Positions 61,101-64,000 of a stretch of 64,000 nt of DNA are shown here, one piece after another. The position numbers and the translations under genes are program-made. The notes beneath the pieces were generated by a model, which saw only the letters and a program-made list of their open reading frames with translations, did no database searches and was not told the origin of the DNA. This stretch comes from a virus (taxonomy: Duplodnaviria; Caudoviricetes): the IMG/VR virus record IMGVR_UViG_2914923772_000011, positions 1-64,000 of that record; one strand, written 5' to 3'. The number at the start of each line of letters is the position of its first letter. Positions within the stretch are counted from its first letter, which is position 1.

Positions 61101-64000
61101 TCTTGGGAGGAAATCGCCAAAGGTCTTATCACTCTGGGCGGCGCAATGGCCATTCTTGCAATCGGTCTGAATGCCATGACAGGCACTCTTGCAGGTTCTG
61201 CGGCGCTTCTTGTTGCTGCAAGTGCCCTCTTGGTGCTTACTCCGGTACTGGCTATTCTCGGCGCCATGAGTTGGAGTTCCATCGTGAAAGGTCTCGTTAC
61301 CCTGGCAGGTGCATTTGCTATCCTCGGTGTTGCAGGTGCTGTATTGACTCCGTTGGTTCCTTCCATTCTCGCTTTGAGTGGCTCGCTGGCACTAATCGGG
61401 GTAGCAGTTGTCGGTATTGGTGCCGGGCTTGCTCTGGCAGGTGCCGGTTTGTCCGCCTTGGCAGTAGGCTTAACAGCTCTTGCTGCTGCGGGGACTGCCG
61501 GTGCTACAGCCATCGTCGCTTCTTTGACTGTTATCATCACTGGTGTCGCAGCCCTTATTCCTGCAATTGTAGCCAAGATCGGTGAGGCAATTGTCGAATT
61601 CTGCAAAGTTATCGCTGATAGTGCAGGAGCCATTGGTGAAGCAGTCAAGGCAGTTGTCCTTATGCTGGTGGATGTACTTGTTGAGTGCGTTCCCGCTATC
61701 GCTGATGGGGCATTGAAGCTCATTGCAGGTGTTCTTGAAGCGTTGGTAGAATATACCCCGTCTATCGTTGATTCCATCTTCCAATTCCTTATCGCAGTTC
61801 TTGAGGGCGTCGCTAAGAATCTTCCCAGTTTGATTCAGGCTGCGGTGGATGTATTGATGGCGTTCTTCTCAGGCATTGTGGATGCACTTAAGGGTATTGA
61901 TACAGAAACTCTTCTTCAGGGAATTGCCGGTATTGGTCTGCTTGCAGCAATTATGGCTGCTTTGAGCGCAGTGGCTGCTCTGGTTCCAGGTGCAATGCTG
62001 GGTGTTCTCGGTATGGGTGCTGTCATCGCTGAGCTTGCTCTTGTACTTGCGGCGGTCGGTGCCCTGGCACAAATTCCTGGCTTGAACTGGCTTATCAATG
62101 AAGGCGGTAATCTGCTTCAGGGAATTGGTACGGCAATCGGTAAATTTGTTGGCGGTATCGTCGGCGGTTTTATGAGTGGCGTATCCAGTCAATTCCCGCA
62201 AATTGGTTCTGACCTTTCCGGGTTTATGACCAATGTCCAGCCGTTCCTTGACGGTGCAGCTTCCATAGATCCGGCTATGCTGGATGGTGTTAAGGCTCTT
62301 GCAGAAACGATTCTTATCCTGACAGCCGCAAATATTTTGGATGGACTGACCTCGTGGTTCACCGGCGGAAGCTCACTCTCCGGCTTTGCTGAAGAGATGG
62401 TTCCGTTTGGAAAAGCTATGAAGCAATTTTCTGATGAAATCAGCGGTATTGATGGAGAAGCAGTTTCCAATGCTGCAATCGCAGGTAAGACTCTTGCAGA
62501 GATGGCTGATACACTTCCTAATACTGGCGGTGTCGTTGGTTTCTTTGCCGGAGAGAACGATATGAATGCCTTCGGTGAACAGCTTATTCCATTTGGTCGT
62601 GCCATGCGTAACTTTGCAAACGAAGTCGCCGGAATTGACGCCAGTGTTATTACTGAAGCAGCTACCGCTGGTAAGGCACTTGCAGAGATGGCAAGCACCG
62701 TTCCGAACAGCGGCGGCGTAGTTGGCTTCTTTGCTGGTGAAAACGATATGGATGACTTTGGCGAACAGCTTGTTCCTTTCGGCAGAGCAATGAAGGATTT
62801 CTCTGACGCTGTTTCCGGACTGAAAGCCGATGTCATTCAAAATAGCGTTACCGCAGGTCAGGCTTTGCTTGAGCTTGCGAATACGGTGCCGAATACTGGC
62901 GGTGTTGTATCCTGGTTTACGGGCGATAACGACCTTGAAACCTTCGGTGAACAGCTTGTCCCGTTTGGTACAGCGATGAAAAACTATTCTTTGGCTGTTA
63001 CAGGATTGGATGCATCTGTCGTCACAAACTCCGCAAATGCAGCTAAAGCTCTGGTTGAGCTTTCAAACAATTTGCCGAATAGTGGCGGTATCGTATCCTG
63101 GTTTACGGGCGATAACGATATTGCAAGCTTCGGCGAGCAGCTGGTATCTTTCGGTCAGTCATTTGCTGCGTATTACAACAGCGTTAGCGGAGTGGATGTG
63201 GCTAAGTTAAGTGGTGTGGTTGTCGAGTTCAGAAATCTTATGGATTTGGCAAACGGCATTAAGAGCGTTGATACAAGTGGAATGTCTACATTTGCTCAGA
63301 ATCTTACGAATTTGGGTAATGCAGGCATTGACGGCTTTATCAATGCCTTTACAAATGCTAATTCCCGTGTGAGCACAGCCGCAAACACGATGGTCACTAC
63401 ATTTATCAATGCCGCCAAAGCACAGCAAGGAAATCTGACAAGCACTTTTACCACCATGATTAACGGTATTGTCACTGCTTTTACAAGCAAGTACAGTCAG
63501 TTCACAGTTATGGGGCAGACGATGATGACCAACTTTATCTCTGGTATTCGTACCGGCGACGCATCTGCTCGGTCGGCATTTGTCACAATCGTATCCGGTT
63601 GCCTGACCGCAATCCGAAATAAGTTCTACGAGTTTAACACCGTTGGACAGACTACGATGACAAATCTTATTGCCGGTATTCGAGCAAAGAACCAGCTTGC
63701 GAAAGACGCCTTTGTTCAGATCATTAACAGTTGCCTGACCGCAATCCGAAATAAATACACCGATTTCTATAACGCCGGTAAGTATCTCGTTGAAGGGTTT
63801 GCCGCTGGCATAACTGCCAACACATACATGGCTGAAGCGAGAGCAAGAGCTATGGCAAGAGCAGCGGCAGCGGCAGCAGAAGCGGAACTCGATATCAATT
63901 CGCCGTCTAAAGTTGGCTATCGAATTGGCGGATTCTTTGGTATGGGCTTCGTCAATTCCCTGATCGACTACGCCGATAAGTCTTACGATGCCGGTGCATC
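58131..64000 (+). CDS. Tape measure protein (3' truncated by window)
   Basis: ATG at 58131 after GGAGG RBS; frame reads as protein at the stretches I checked and at the window end; Ala/Gly-rich helical, hydrophobic middle; absent from ORF track, presumably because no stop is present. Confidence 0.88.
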   Translation, partial: MSKTIDERVVEMRFDNKQFESNVQTSLSTIEKLKKSLDMDGATKGLESIDSAAKKVDMSGLGSAVETVKTRFSALEVMAVTALANITNSVVNTGKQMLHSLTIEPISQGFEEYELKMGSIQTIMMSTGASLEEVNKYLQELNTYSDKTIYSFQDMTSNIGKFTNAGVGLEDAVMAIQGVSNVAAVSGANANEASRAMYNFAQALSAGYVKLIDWKSIENANMATVEFKTQLLESAVACGTLTKTADGMYKTVKGNVIDATHGFNDSLQDQWMTTEALVGTLRNYADETTEIGAKAFAAAQDVKTFTQLMDTLKEAVGSGWANTWEILFGDFEEAKELWTGLSQVIGGFIDAQADARNEMLQGWKDLGGRTKLIEALKNAFEGVQSVIKPIYEAFREIFPPTTAQQLYDITENLRKFTANLKLSDTASANLKSTFKGLFAILDIVKQAFSAIFTAIKPLFGGFGTLGDGILGFTGGIGDAIVAFDEFIKTSGAFQKVGEGIATVIQTIMTALSTLKNKIKEKFESANFELFHSLLERIHERMAQVGEAAGEMKSGIIVAFEVIGETLANCQFVQLLSAVWNAVKTIGSGIIKILGELGSSLAKNLGEANFSGIIDLLNGISFGAIAVGITKFVGTFRKAIEDIGSFKESFIGILDSVRGCFEAYQTQLQAGTLLKIASAIAILTASLIALSLVDSEKLNVALGAITVLFAELLASMAVFNKISGQATGVMKSVTAMLGIATAVLILASALKKIADLDAKQLTTGLIGVAGLTTMMVVAAKAMSSNSKTIIKGATQMVIFAAAIKILASVCEQLAKLDWNQLAKGLVGVGVLLAEVSLFLRTAKFSGKSITTATGIVILSAAIKVLASACKDFGEMKWEDIGKGLASIAVLLAEVTAFTKLTGNAKHVISTGVALIAIGAAMKIFASAVKDFSGMQWDEIARGLVAMAGALAAVTIAVNFMPKNMIGIGTGLIAVSAALLILANALNQMGSMSWEEIAKGLITLGGAMAILAIGLNAMTGTLAGSAALLVAASALLVLTPVLAILGAMSWSSIVKGLVTLAGAFAILGVAGAVLTPLVPSILALSGSLALIGVAVVGIGAGLALAGAGLSALAVGLTALAAAGTAGATAIVASLTVIITGVAALIPAIVAKIGEAIVEFCKVIADSAGAIGEAVKAVVLMLVDVLVECVPAIADGALKLIAGVLEALVEYTPSIVDSIFQFLIAVLEGVAKNLPSLIQAAVDVLMAFFSGIVDALKGIDTETLLQGIAGIGLLAAIMAALSAVAALVPGAMLGVLGMGAVIAELALVLAAVGALAQIPGLNWLINEGGNLLQGIGTAIGKFVGGIVGGFMSGVSSQFPQIGSDLSGFMTNVQPFLDGAASIDPAMLDGVKALAETILILTAANILDGLTSWFTGGSSLSGFAEEMVPFGKAMKQFSDEISGIDGEAVSNAAIAGKTLAEMADTLPNTGGVVGFFAGENDMNAFGEQLIPFGRAMRNFANEVAGIDASVITEAATAGKALAEMASTVPNSGGVVGFFAGENDMDDFGEQLVPFGRAMKDFSDAVSGLKADVIQNSVTAGQALLELANTVPNTGGVVSWFTGDNDLETFGEQLVPFGTAMKNYSLAVTGLDASVVTNSANAAKALVELSNNLPNSGGIVSWFTGDNDIASFGEQLVSFGQSFAAYYNSVSGVDVAKLSGVVVEFRNLMDLANGIKSVDTSGMSTFAQNLTNLGNAGIDGFINAFTNANSRVSTAANTMVTTFINAAKAQQGNLTSTFTTMINGIVTAFTSKYSQFTVMGQTMMTNFISGIRTGDASARSAFVTIVSGCLTAIRNKFYEFNTVGQTTMTNLIAGIRAKNQLAKDAFVQIINSCLTAIRNKYTDFYNAGKYLVEGFAAGITANTYMAEARARAMARAAAAAAEAELDINSPSKVGYRIGGFFGMGFVNSLIDYADKSYDAGA
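62517..63260 (+). repeat. Four 186-nt (62-aa) tandem repeats in tape measure
   Basis: PN(T/S)GG(V/I)V(G/S)(F/W)F(A/T)G(E/D)ND starts at 62517, 62703, 62889, 63075. Confidence 0.85.

Larger units (their letters stand above)
13740..64000. mobile_element. Temperate siphovirus prophage (1706-like / gut Clostridia group by gene content), right end beyond window
   Basis: Integrase, replication, packaging, head, tail, lysis and tape-measure genes in a single near-unidirectional block. Confidence 0.92.

Noticed and set aside
58131-64000. Diversity-generating retroelement or invertible tail-fibre system
   Set aside because: No reverse transcriptase, template/variable repeat pair or invertase in the window; the distal tail genes lie beyond 64 kb and could not be inspected.

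Overview
The window has two parts. (1) 1-~13,700 is the end of a Firmicutes (Clostridia-type) conjugative-element cargo region. It holds a run of hypothetical genes, a 3006-aa polyvalent protein (ArdC-like N-terminus, N6-adenine methyltransferase, SNF2 helicase) with a TnpV-like gene nested inside it in another frame, an XRE regulator and a SLOG/YspA-like gene. (2) ~13,740 to beyond 64,000 is a large temperate siphovirus prophage whose right end lies outside the window. Its order is: tyrosine integrase; early region of small, often membrane, genes; a helicase-primase-exonuclease-PolB fusion; SSB; MTase-like protein; SF2 helicase; nucleotide metabolism (HD, ThyX-like, MazG-like, NrdD/NrdG); origin-like repeats; VRR-NUC and Cas4-like nucleases; a 906-aa single-chain two-barrel RNA polymerase; candidate cos; tRNA-Leu; head, tail and lysis genes; partial tape measure. 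From recall (not a search), the gene content resembles the Lactococcus phage 1706 / gut-Clostridia prophage group. The most interesting signal is a possible self-contained expression system. It comprises the phage RNAP with fused HTH domains, ten copies of a fixed-spacing non-sigmaA motif (CGC-RAAAWWWACA-N7-TTATG), hairpin terminators with a conserved loop, and a ~130-nt hairpin RNA next to cos. That RNA displays two anti-Shine-Dalgarno sequences and is perfectly antisense over 20 nt to the translation starts of two early genes. Early genes mostly use a GAAAGGAG RBS and late genes mostly AGGAGG, so this RNA could be a translational early-to-late or lysogeny switch. All family assignments come from motif recognition by eye; no database searches were run.
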